DNA of 52,056 nt. Source: a virus (Duplodnaviria; Caudoviricetes). Positions 37,457-45,404 of the stretch are shown here, piece by piece (position 1 is the first letter of the stretch; every line of letters begins with the position of its first letter). Under the pieces are notes generated by a model. The model was not told where the DNA came from. It saw only the letters and a list, made by a program, of their open reading frames with translations, and did not search any database. The translations under genes and the position numbers were made by a program. The stretch lies in the IMG/VR virus record IMGVR_UViG_3300048592_000456, positions 1-52,056 of that record. One strand, 5' to 3'.

Positions 37457-38115
37457 GAGTGGACCCACCCGAACCGGTCGCCCACCCGGTAGAACCGGGC
37501 CATGGTGCCGAACGGCTCGCGCATCCCGGGAGTGGACACGACGAACATGGCCGTGATGCCCGGGCGCCGCTGCTCGACGTACGGCAGGGCGCCGTACTCG
37601 GCACCGCGCGCGCCGCGGAGCATGACCACCTTGTCGTTGCCGGTCCGGGTGACCTCGTACTTGCGGCCGAGCACCGCGAGGGTGACGCTCTGGCCGGCCG
37701 GCGGGAGGATGACCTCATCGGTCATGCGCGGGAACGGCTTCGGGTTGCCGTCGAGCCACGAGGCCCGGAGGCACGCCACGCACTCGCCGGCGCCCGGCAT
37801 GTCCTGACCGCGGAGCACGCGGCCGGCGATGGCGCACTCGCGGGCGTCCACGTGCTCCGGCACCGTCACGCGGACGATGGCGACTCCGCGCCAGCCATCC
37901 TCGTGCTGCTCGATGGCGGCCCACTCGGCGTCGAACACGTCGCCGGGCACGAAGCCCCACGACTCCGGGTCATCCGTCGTGTTGACGGTGAGGTACTGGT
38001 CCTGCACCGCGGCGATGGCCGCGCGAGCGGCCGCGTTCTGGGTGATGTACCCGCGGACGAGGACGTGGACGGTGGTCGGCTCGGTGGTGGGCCGGACCTC
38101 GATGGTGCGCGTCAT
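37453..38115 (-). CDS. Hypothetical protein (220 aa)
   Basis: ATG after the conserved element and AAGGAG; LRGARGAEYG motif. Confidence 0.7.
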   Translation of the reverse strand: MTRTIEVRPTTEPTTVHVLVRGYITQNAAARAAIAAVQDQYLTVNTTDDPESWGFVPGDVFDAEWAAIEQHEDGWRGVAIVRVTVPEHVDARECAIAGRVLRGQDMPGAGECVACLRASWLDGNPKPFPRMTDEVILPPAGQSVTLAVLGRKYEVTRTGNDKVVMLRGARGAEYGALPYVEQRRPGITAMFVVSTPGMREPFGTMARFYRVGDRFGWVHS

Positions 38116-38241
38116 GGTCGGTTCTCCTTCGTCCGGCTGACCGGCCGGGGCGGTGTCGATGTCCACAAGATAGCCGACCGTGGTGGACATGTCCACTGGT
38201 ACGGTCGGCTACCCCGGTGGTACCGGTGCGGGCCGTCAACG
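38116..38241 (-). promoter_or_regulatory. Composite promoter/operator/hairpin element
   Basis: Perfect GTGGACATGTCCAC 38183-38196; TGGACA-N17-TATCTT; hairpin 38132-38153; GGTACC. Confidence 0.88.
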
Positions 38242-39018
38242 GTCGCGGCGCCACCATCCGGGCGGGATGCCCTGCGCGCGCTCGTACGGCATCGCCCGGC
38301 CGTCATCGGACCCGCCCGGGCCACCCTTGCCGACGATGCCCGCGAAGGACGCCGTGAGGGTCCGCCATAGGTCGCGCTCGGCCATGGTCCCCAGAGCGCC
38401 GAGGTCGCGCCATCGGGCGGACCGGTAGAGCCGCATGGCCGCCTCCGTCTGGTCCGCGGTCATCCCGGACCGGAGCCGGTACCCGCCGACCGTGGTGAGC
38501 GCCGGGCATCCGATGACGTGGCCGATGGCGGTGCACCGGCAGCCGGCCCGCTGGGCGCCCTCAGCGGCCGGAGCCGGCTCGGGCGGTGTCCCGGGACCAT
38601 CCGTGGGCGTCTCGGCCGTCTGGGACGGGCTGGCGGCGCCCACGGGTGGCACGATGGGCCACCGGCCGATGCCGAGCGCTGCGCGGACGGTGCACGGCCA
38701 GCAGGACCGGTCGGCGCCGTACTTGGCGTCCGGCCGGCGACCGTACCGGATGCAGTCGTCAGGGCCGGTGGTGCTGTTCTCGCACGCGTCGAGCGCACCG
38801 GGTCCGAGCGCGAGGATGAAGGCGTTGACCGGGACCACGGGCACGTCCTGACGAGCCGGCGCCGGGCGGCCGAGCACGTGCCCGCCGCCGTGGCCGGCGA
38901 CCCACTGGCACGCGTACCCGTCAGCCTGCACCGGGCAGAGCGCCTCCGGGACCCACGAGCCGCACGACTCGCGCCAGTGGTCGATGGTCCCGCACACGGG
39001 GCAGATGGGCTCGCTCAT
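38236..39018 (-). CDS. Cys-rich hypothetical protein
   Basis: ATGA overlap; several CxxC/CxxH motifs. Confidence 0.6.
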   Translation of the reverse strand: MSEPICPVCGTIDHWRESCGSWVPEALCPVQADGYACQWVAGHGGGHVLGRPAPARQDVPVVPVNAFILALGPGALDACENSTTGPDDCIRYGRRPDAKYGADRSCWPCTVRAALGIGRWPIVPPVGAASPSQTAETPTDGPGTPPEPAPAAEGAQRAGCRCTAIGHVIGCPALTTVGGYRLRSGMTADQTEAAMRLYRSARWRDLGALGTMAERDLWRTLTASFAGIVGKGGPGGSDDGRAMPYERAQGIPPGWWRRDR

Positions 39019-39527
39019 GCGTCGATGACCTCCGACACGAGGCGCTGCCGGACGGCGGCCGGGAGCGGCGTGTCCTCGCCCTCGTCATCCGGCCCGCCGA
39101 TGAGCACGACGGGACCCATGAGGATGTCCCCGCGGACGCCGAGGAAGATGGTGGCGGCGCTGTTGACGGGCTGGCCGTTGAGCTTCCCTTCTTCGTCGCA
39201 GTACGCGGTGAAGTCGCCGTCATGCGGCACGACCTCGATGTACCCGCCGACCGCGGACTGGAGGTCCGTCAGGGTCGGCTTGCCGAACCGCCACGAGACA
39301 CGGCCGGCCGGGTCGATGACCACCCAGAACGGCGCCTCCGTGAGCGCCGGGAGGGACGGTTCGGCGGGGTCGGCCGCCACGTAGTCATCGCCACCGGGCG
39401 TGAGCGCGTAGGCGACCTCGCGGCGGGACTGCCGGAGGCTCCGCGCCCAGACCACGAGGGGGTGCTGGTCGAGCGGCACGTCATCCGCCTCCACCATCAG
39501 GTGAGCGTAGTCGTCTCGGGTGCACAT
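39015..39527 (-). CDS. DUF3846-like domain protein
   Basis: TLTDLQSAVGGYIEVV...YCDEEGKLNGQPVNSAAT...DILMGPVVLIG. Confidence 0.8.
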   Translation of the reverse strand: MCTRDDYAHLMVEADDVPLDQHPLVVWARSLRQSRREVAYALTPGGDDYVAADPAEPSLPALTEAPFWVVIDPAGRVSWRFGKPTLTDLQSAVGGYIEVVPHDGDFTAYCDEEGKLNGQPVNSAATIFLGVRGDILMGPVVLIGGPDDEGEDTPLPAAVRQRLVSEVIDA

Positions 39528-39532
39528 CGGGT

Positions 39533-39769
39533 TCAGACTCCTTCCGGGAAACAGGTGGTGCACAGGTCCCACTCGTCTGACGTGGGACGGTCGGCGGTGT
39601 GCTCGCCCTGCTCGGGGAGCAACAGGTAGCGTTCCTCGCCCAGACCGCACGTGGTCTGGTACGCGTAGCCGGTCCGCCCGCGAGGGTCGGCCCAGCGGCC
39701 ATAGTGGTCGGTCGGCCCCTCGCTCACGACGTGAGCGGTGCCGTCCACGAGCAGCGCATAGGTGGTGAT
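39533..39769 (-). CDS. Small hypothetical protein with apparent ATC start
   Basis: AGGAGG-N8-ATC ACC ACC TAT in frame with the GTG 39748 ORF; TTCG...LCTTCF. Confidence 0.5.
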   Translation of the reverse strand: MTTYALLVDGTAHVVSEGPTDHYGRWADPRGRTGYAYQTTCGLGEERYLLLPEQGEHTADRPTSDEWDLCTTCFPEGV

Positions 39770-39865
39770 CGTCGGGTCCTCCTGTCGGGTGGGTCGATGC
39801 GTCGATGGTGCGCCCGCCCGGGCGCCGGGACCACCCTGACGATGGTCCCGGCCGCCGGCGGTACC
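39770..39865 (-). promoter_or_regulatory. Degenerate copy of the element (no operator, no hairpin)
   Basis: GGTACC; GGACCATCGTCAG shared with 42695-42707; TGGTCC-N17-CACCAT-N6-ATCG; AGGAGG. Confidence 0.55.
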
Positions 39866-39869
39866 CGTC

Positions 39870-40421
39870 CTACTCGGCCTCGGTCCCCTCCGGCGCGACC
39901 CATCCGACGATGCCGGCGTGAGCCTTGCAGATGCGGCAGTGGACCGTGCCGTTGGCGATGGCGTACGCGTCCTCGTGGGACCCGACCACGATGCGCCGGG
40001 CGGACCGGTGGCCGCACGCGAGCGCGACCCGGCGGACCTTCTCCGTCGCCGTGGCGTCGGCCTCGGCCTTGCGGGTGGTGGACACCCACGGCTTGTGCGT
40101 CGCGGGGTCGAAGACGATGCCCTCGGCCTTCACGCGGTCCGCGAAGCACGGCGCCCACTCGAACCCGTGGTGCGTGCTCCAGCAGGACTCGCCCGACTCG
40201 TCATCGAGCCCGTCGTACGGCTCGCGGCAGAACCACGAGGCGGCGTCCGTGTCCATCGCCACGATGGCGTCAAGGAGGGTCGCGCCGTCGAACGTCGGCG
40301 GCTCGCCGCCGGGACCCTGCGTCCGGTCGTGCGACTTCGCGATGTCCCGGCACCCGGCCATGTGGACCTTGAAGTCCCCGCGGTGCTCGCGGACGAGGGT
40401 GACGGCGGTGGTTGCGGTCAT
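39870..40421 (-). CDS. Hypothetical protein (183 aa)
   Basis: ATG directly after the conserved element; VHMAGCRDI, APC, LACGH...HCRIC. Confidence 0.7.
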   Translation of the reverse strand: MTATTAVTLVREHRGDFKVHMAGCRDIAKSHDRTQGPGGEPPTFDGATLLDAIVAMDTDAASWFCREPYDGLDDESGESCWSTHHGFEWAPCFADRVKAEGIVFDPATHKPWVSTTRKAEADATATEKVRRVALACGHRSARRIVVGSHEDAYAIANGTVHCRICKAHAGIVGWVAPEGTEAE

Positions 40422-40545
40422 CGGTCGGTTCTCCGTCCGGCTGTGCGGCCGGGGCGCGTCGCGTCATCGCGATACCCGCATGTTGGCACGTCCCGGTGGA
40501 CATGTCCACTGGTACCCTTGGATGCACCGGTGGTACCGGTGCGGC
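40422..40545 (-). promoter_or_regulatory. Composite promoter/operator/hairpin element
   Basis: Perfect GTGGACATGTCCAC 40496-40509; TGGACA-N17-CAACAT; hairpin 40436-40456; two GGTACC. Confidence 0.88.
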
Positions 40546-40555
40546 CGCGCAACGC

Positions 40556-40762
40556 TCAGACGCCGTGGAGCCGGTGCAGCCGAGAGAGCATCCGCCGGAC
40601 CCGGTGGCGGTCCCGGCCGTTCCGGTGGTCGGCCGCGACGTGCTCCATGACCTCCTGCAACGTCGGCCGCCGCTTGCGGCGCTCGGTCACGACGATGACC
40701 CGGAGCGCCGTGATGTAGGCGGCTTGGATGGCCGGCGGGTCGATGGGCCGGTACGCGGTCAC
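40556..40762 (-). CDS. Small putative DNA-binding protein
   Basis: GTGA overlap; RRPTLQEVMEHV...RVRRMLSRL resembles a LexA-like wHTH. Confidence 0.45.
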   Translation of the reverse strand: MTAYRPIDPPAIQAAYITALRVIVVTERRKRRPTLQEVMEHVAADHRNGRDRHRVRRMLSRLHRLHGV

Positions 40763-41421
40763 GCGTCCGCCCGCCCGATGCCGGCGTCGATGGCGCCGAC
40801 GATGGCGCCGACGATGCGAGCCCTGACGGCCGCGTCCCGGCGTCCCCAGTTCGGGGATGACCGGTACCACGTCACGCCCGGCCGGACGGTGTAGAGCACG
40901 AGCCCGCCGTCCCGGTCATGCCAGCCCAGCGTGGCCTCTCCGGCGAGCCACCGGGGTCCCTCATCCGGGCCGATGCGGAGCCGTGACGGCTCGACGTGGA
41001 TGCCGCGCGCCGGCCGGGCGGCTTGGTCCAGCGTCGGGTCCAGCAGCCAGCCCTCATCCGGTGCGCCGTCCTCCACGAAGGCGACCATGTGCAGTTCGCG
41101 CCCGGCGGTGAGCCCGCCACGGCCGACCACGGGCGTCTCAGGCAGCCCGAGGTCCACGTTCCACCCGTCCGCCGGCCGGGGTCGGGATGGCGGGTCGGGC
41201 CAGCCGAGCGCCCGCTGCTCGTCCGTCCACGCGGCCGAGGCGGGGTTGGCGACCCGGGTGGAGACGACCACCGGGTAGCCGCTGTACCCGTAGGCCCAGA
41301 GCGCCTCGCACGCGATGGCGACGCCGGCGATGCACGAGTTCGGCGCGTACCGGGTCAGCATGGCCGCCCGGCCCACGTCGAGGATGGCATCCATGACGAG
41401 CGTGATGGGCGCGTCCCTCAT
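40759..41421 (-). CDS. Transglutaminase/papain-like Cys-His-Asp protein
   Basis: NSCIAGVAIACEAL; LHMVAFV; WLLDPTLDQA. Confidence 0.55.
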   Translation of the reverse strand: MRDAPITLVMDAILDVGRAAMLTRYAPNSCIAGVAIACEALWAYGYSGYPVVVSTRVANPASAAWTDEQRALGWPDPPSRPRPADGWNVDLGLPETPVVGRGGLTAGRELHMVAFVEDGAPDEGWLLDPTLDQAARPARGIHVEPSRLRIGPDEGPRWLAGEATLGWHDRDGGLVLYTVRPGVTWYRSSPNWGRRDAAVRARIVGAIVGAIDAGIGRADA

Positions 41422-41783
41422 CCCAGCAGCGCCCGGACCACGGAGCGTGCGGCGCGCTCCGCGTCATCGACCGGCACGCCGGCGTCCGCAGCGAGCCGGT
41501 CGCGCATCTGCTCCGCGATGACGGCCGCCACGTGGTCCCGGCACGCGGACCGCCAGTCCGCGATGAGCAGATGGCGGGTCGCGCCGGCGCCGACCGTGCC
41601 GCCGCCGAAGCGGTCCCACTGCCCGATGAGCGTCCCGTCGAGGAACGCATCCCACCGGGTGCCGGTGCCTCCCCGGACCGGGTACGTGGTGCGCTGGAAC
41701 TGGAGCCCGGCCGGGTCGCGCCGCCGGGCCGGCATGGGGACGCCGTAGCGGTTGCGCTGCCGGCGTGGACGGAGCGTGGTCAT
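41418..41783 (-). CDS. Hypothetical protein
   Basis: ATGA overlaps on both sides. Confidence 0.6.
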   Translation of the reverse strand: MTTLRPRRQRNRYGVPMPARRRDPAGLQFQRTTYPVRGGTGTRWDAFLDGTLIGQWDRFGGGTVGAGATRHLLIADWRSACRDHVAAVIAEQMRDRLAADAGVPVDDAERAARSVVRALLG

Positions 41784-42190
41784 CGGTAGAGCCTCCCTTC
41801 GGCCGCGAGCACGGCGCGGCGCCGGTCATCCCCGAACGGGTCCGCGACCTGTCCGCGGTTCCACGTGATGGAGTGGCATGGTGAGAGGTAGCCGTGGTCG
41901 CAGCAGCGCACCGGCGACCGGAGCCCGACCGACACGCCGTCGCCCGGGAGCCCCTGCACGTGCGGCGCCGGGCACGGCCGGCTCTCGGCCATGACCCGCC
42001 GCTCCTGCCGGACCTCATCCGCGAGCGCCGCCATCCGGGCGTCGATGGTCCGCAGCGCTGCCTCCCACCCGGCCCGGTGCTGCTCGTACGCCTCACGGTT
42101 CGGGAAGTCCCGGATGTTGGGCGCCATGTCCTCGACGCGGACGCGCTCGCGCTGGAGCCGGAGGGTCTGGGTGTACGCGCTCTCGGTCAC
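41780..42190 (-). CDS. Hypothetical protein
   Basis: GTGA/ATGA overlaps. Confidence 0.6.
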   Translation of the reverse strand: MTESAYTQTLRLQRERVRVEDMAPNIRDFPNREAYEQHRAGWEAALRTIDARMAALADEVRQERRVMAESRPCPAPHVQGLPGDGVSVGLRSPVRCCDHGYLSPCHSITWNRGQVADPFGDDRRRAVLAAEGRLYR

Positions 42191-42567
42191 GCGAGGGTCC
42201 CGGCGATGGTCACGCCCTCGGGCAGCAGCCCGGCCTCCGGCTCGCGGACGATGATGGTGAGGCCGCGGTCAGACCCGCACACGATGGAGTGGACCACGAG
42301 GATGCTGGCCGCCGGCTGGTCCACGAGCGCCAGCACGCCCTCGGGGTTGGTCCACGGCGCGCCCGACCGAAGCTCAGCCCGACCGCGGCGCATGTCGAGC
42401 AGGACCACGGAGTCCTTCGACCCCTCGTCCCAGCAGACGGTCCAGCGGCGCGGCCCGGTGTACGCCTCCATGCGGATGAGGCGGCCGCGGTAGGCCGGGA
42501 AGGTCGCCCGGATGAGCGCCTTCACGGCGGGGTTGGAGCGAGAGAGCGGGGTCTGGGTGGGGAGCAT
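42187..42567 (-). CDS. Hypothetical protein (126 aa)
   Basis: AAGGAGG RBS, ATG after the conserved element; ATFPAYRGR...WDEGSKD. Confidence 0.7.
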   Translation of the reverse strand: MLPTQTPLSRSNPAVKALIRATFPAYRGRLIRMEAYTGPRRWTVCWDEGSKDSVVLLDMRRGRAELRSGAPWTNPEGVLALVDQPAASILVVHSIVCGSDRGLTIIVREPEAGLLPEGVTIAGTLA

Positions 42568-42682
42568 GTCGGGTCCTCCTTCTCCGGCTGTCCGGCCGGG
42601 GCGGTCCGCCGTGTTGGCGATGACCGCATCTTGCGCCGTCGTGGTGGACATGTCAACCGGTCAAGGATGGTACCGTGGTACC
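42568..42682 (-). promoter_or_regulatory. Composite promoter/operator/hairpin element (leftward)
   Basis: GTTGACATGTCCAC 42644-42657; TTGACA-N17-CAAGAT; hairpin 42583-42604; tandem GGTACC 42669 and 42677. Confidence 0.88.
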
Positions 42683-42795
42683 GACGCACCACCGGACCAT
42701 CGTCAGCATTGACGCCGGCGGCTCGACGCGGGAAGGTGGACGCGTCGCCAGCGAGGCGGCCCGACCCGGCCGGGAAGCCGGAGGGAGCGAACCCG
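42677..42795 (+). promoter_or_regulatory. Divergent rightward element with hairpin but no full operator
   Basis: TTGACG-N17-GAAGGT from 42709; CCGGC-CGGGAA-GCCGG 42766-42781; GGAG; ATG 42796. Confidence 0.7.
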
Positions 42796-43152
42796 ATGGA
42801 CATCAACGCAGCGGCGGCGCTCGTGCTCGCGGATACCGAGCACCCGTGCGTGTTCGGCCACTTCGACTGCGCGACCTACGAGGGTGGCGCGTGCTCCGGT
42901 GAGGCGGCCGCCGCCATCCACGCCCGCGGCATGAGCGGCATGGACGTGCAGGAGGCCGCCGAGGCGGTCCCGGCGCGCCGCTACTGCCACTGGTGCGGCG
43001 AGTGGGTCGGCTCCCACGGCGGGTACCACGGCGCCAGCGTGTGCGGTCGGACCTCGCCGTGCGACCGGTGCCTCATCCCCCTCGTCGGCGGGTACGACGG
43101 CCAGACGGGCCAGCGGGTCGAGACGCTCTGCGTCCGGTGCCGGACGGCGTGA
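42796..43152 (+). CDS. Cys/His-rich hypothetical protein (118 aa)
   Basis: MDINAAAALVLADTEHPCVFGHFDC...CHWC...CDRC...CVRC. Confidence 0.7.
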   Translation: MDINAAAALVLADTEHPCVFGHFDCATYEGGACSGEAAAAIHARGMSGMDVQEAAEAVPARRYCHWCGEWVGSHGGYHGASVCGRTSPCDRCLIPLVGGYDGQTGQRVETLCVRCRTA

Positions 43153-43161
43153 CCGGGCGCA

Positions 43162-43201
43162 TCGGGGAGGGGCGGACGGGCGTGACCGGAGCCCTCCCCG
43201 A
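43162..43201. terminator. Hairpin between convergent genes
   Basis: TCGGGGAGGG...CCCTCCCCGA 10-bp stem. Confidence 0.65.
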
Positions 43202-43204
43202 CGC

Positions 43205-44152
43205 CTACATCGCGCGGCCGATGGCCTCCGCGGCATCCGCCGCGCCACCGCCGGCGTAGACCACCCGCACGACCTCGCGGCGCGCGAGCCGGACCCCGGT
43301 CGGGTCCACGAGCGCCATGCGCACGGTGTCCATGAGTCGCCCCGGCTCATCCACCTGTAGCCCGACGTGGGCGAGGTCCCAGAACCGCATCCCGTGACGG
43401 ACGTGCCGCCGGTACCGCGGGGAGTTGAGCAGGACCACGGGCCGGTCCGTCGCTGCCCACTCGAACAGGGCGGACGTGTTGTCGGCCACGAGCACGTCAG
43501 CGCGGCGCGCCACGTCATCGAGGGACGCGACCGGCTCGATGCCCACGCGCTCGTACTGCCGGGCGAACTCGTCGCCCCAGCGGGGATGCCAGTGCCCGAT
43601 GACCCGGTACCGCTCCGCGAGCGCCGGCAGGGCGCCCCGGAAGTCGCGCCACGCGCTGCCCGTCTCCGGCACGAGCCCGCAGGGCCAGTGGAACGTGACC
43701 GCGACGGTGCGCTCATCGTCCGGCACCCGGGCCGGGAGCGGCTTGACGTTCCCGACCATCGCCACGGCGGCCTCCGGGTACGCGGCGCGCCACCGGGCGG
43801 CCGGGTCGGCGCCCGGGACCACGAACAGCCGCACGTCGCCCATGCCCGGCGCGCCGGCATAGGACGGGTTGCCGGCGGACCGCCGGTCGCCGTGGTAGGA
43901 CTGGCCGGCGCCGTGCTGCATGAGCACGAAGGGACCGTACCCCAGCCGCCGCGCCCGGAACAGGTCGAACCACCCGGCGACGATGGCCGGCCCCTGACCG
44001 CGCTGGACGGGCCGAGCGCCGCGTTCGGCGGCCTCCGGGTGTCGCAACAGGTCCCGGTCGGTCTGGAGCCGTCCCGGGCCGCCCAGCGCGTCCCAGACGG
44101 GCAGGATGTGGGCGAGGTAGTGGCGCCGGGAGGCGATGGCCGTCAGGTCCAC
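43205..44152 (-). CDS. GT-B fold transferase (CDP-glycerol glycerophosphotransferase / UDP-GlcNAc epimerase-like)
   Basis: HYLAHILPVW; LMQHGAGQSY; HWHPRW; ADVLVADNTSALFEWAATDRPVVLLN. Confidence 0.75.
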   Translation of the reverse strand: MDLTAIASRRHYLAHILPVWDALGGPGRLQTDRDLLRHPEAAERGARPVQRGQGPAIVAGWFDLFRARRLGYGPFVLMQHGAGQSYHGDRRSAGNPSYAGAPGMGDVRLFVVPGADPAARWRAAYPEAAVAMVGNVKPLPARVPDDERTVAVTFHWPCGLVPETGSAWRDFRGALPALAERYRVIGHWHPRWGDEFARQYERVGIEPVASLDDVARRADVLVADNTSALFEWAATDRPVVLLNSPRYRRHVRHGMRFWDLAHVGLQVDEPGRLMDTVRMALVDPTGVRLARREVVRVVYAGGGAADAAEAIGRAM

Positions 44153-44154
44153 GG

Positions 44155-44808
44155 TCAGACCGGCTCCCACGCCTGCGTCAGATGCTCCGGCCACGCCCGG
44201 GACGGCGCGTAGCCCATGGCCGCGAGCACCGGCCCGTACCGGCCCTCCCAATCCTCCAGCACGATGATGGGGCGGTCCCGGTCGATGGTCCGGGCGGCGC
44301 CGCGGAGAAGCTCGGCCTCGTGCCACTCGACATCAGCCTTGATGAGCGCGACGTGGTGGAGGTCCATCCTGTCCACGGTGTCCGTGTGCGCGTCGAAGGC
44401 GACCATCCCGGGCTGCGGGTACGGGTCCGTCGCGACCACGGCCGCGTGCCCGCGGTTGGCGTCCTCGTAGGCCATCGAGACGGTGCCCACGTGGTCCGAC
44501 AGGGCGACCGGGTGGATGGTCACGTTGGGCAGATGCGCCGTGTTCATCCGGAGCAGCCGGAGGTTGCCGGGCATCGGCTCGAACGCGTGGACGTGGACGG
44601 GCAGGTTCTCCGCGAGCGGCACGGCGTAGGTGCCAATCATCGCGCCGGCGTCGATGACGAGCCCGCCGGACCGGAGCCGCGGGTGCTCCACGAGCCACTG
44701 CACGATGGCCGACTCCCACCACGTGCCGCGCGCCATGTGGTCCGACACGTAGTCGGGCGAGGGGTGGACGTGGAACAGCCGGCCGCCGACCCGCACGGAC
44801 CGGCTCAC
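44155..44808 (-). CDS. FkbM-family SAM methyltransferase
   Basis: VIDAGAMIG; VHAFEPMPGNLRLLRMN; VALSD; LIKADVEWHEAELLRGA..TI.RDRPII.LE. Confidence 0.9.
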   Translation of the reverse strand: MSRSVRVGGRLFHVHPSPDYVSDHMARGTWWESAIVQWLVEHPRLRSGGLVIDAGAMIGTYAVPLAENLPVHVHAFEPMPGNLRLLRMNTAHLPNVTIHPVALSDHVGTVSMAYEDANRGHAAVVATDPYPQPGMVAFDAHTDTVDRMDLHHVALIKADVEWHEAELLRGAARTIDRDRPIIVLEDWEGRYGPVLAAMGYAPSRAWPEHLTQAWEPV

Positions 44809-45404
44809 CGCTTTCGGGCCGCCCACGACTTGTCCACGGCCGGGAGGATGTCCCACTCGCCGGACGGCAGGAGCACGTCACGGACCACGCGCGCCACGTC
44901 TGTATCGTCCGTGAGGTCATCCCCGAGGTAGTCGTGCAGCACGAGCACGCCGCCCGGGTCGATGCGCGGACCCCAGACGGTCACGTCGGTCAGGACGTGG
45001 CGGTAGGAGTGGTCGCCGTCGATGAATGCCATCCCGACCGGGTTCACGATGAGCGGCGCGGCGATGGCGGACAGGGTGCGCAGGGCGATGACCGGCCATC
45101 CGTGCTCGTCCATGTTCACGCGGAACCGGGCGAGCGCGAGGCGCTGGCGCTCGGCGTGCGCGTGGTCCCGCTCATCCGGCCGCGGGTCCGGCCACGGGTC
45201 GATGCAGACAACCCGGGCGCCCATCCCCGACGCGGCGCCGTACGCGAGCGCGAGGGTGGACGCGCCGACGTAGGACCCGACCTCGATGATGACCCGGGAC
45301 CCGGGCACGGCGGCCGCGTGGTCCGCGAGCATCGTCGCCTCGCGGCTGGAGTGGAGCCCGCCGAGCGTCAGCAGCGACGGCGGGAAACGCATCTGCACGG
45401 TCAC
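44805..45404 (-). CDS. Class I SAM methyltransferase (Methyltransf_24-like)
   Basis: IIEVGSYVGAST; VCIDPW; AFIDGDHSYRHVLTD; PGGVLVLHDY. Confidence 0.9.
   Translation of the reverse strand: MTVQMRFPPSLLTLGGLHSSREATMLADHAAAVPGSRVIIEVGSYVGASTLALAYGAASGMGARVVCIDPWPDPRPDERDHAHAERQRLALARFRVNMDEHGWPVIALRTLSAIAAPLIVNPVGMAFIDGDHSYRHVLTDVTVWGPRIDPGGVLVLHDYLGDDLTDDTDVARVVRDVLLPSGEWDILPAVDKSWAARKR

Noticed and set aside
40786-40816. Short tandem repeat (CGATGGCGCCGA)
   Set aside because: Encodes GAIVGAI in a helical C-terminus; no sign of function
26523-42657. Recurring VDMST peptide in several ORF translations
   Set aside because: It is the translation of the DNA palindrome; real starts lie downstream after the RBS, except for the 37456 read-through
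15343-42657. Dispersed repeats as a CRISPR array, integron attC sites or DGR TR/VR
   Set aside because: Copies are kilobases apart with promoter architecture; no regular spacers, integron integrase, reverse transcriptase or adenine-specific variation seen
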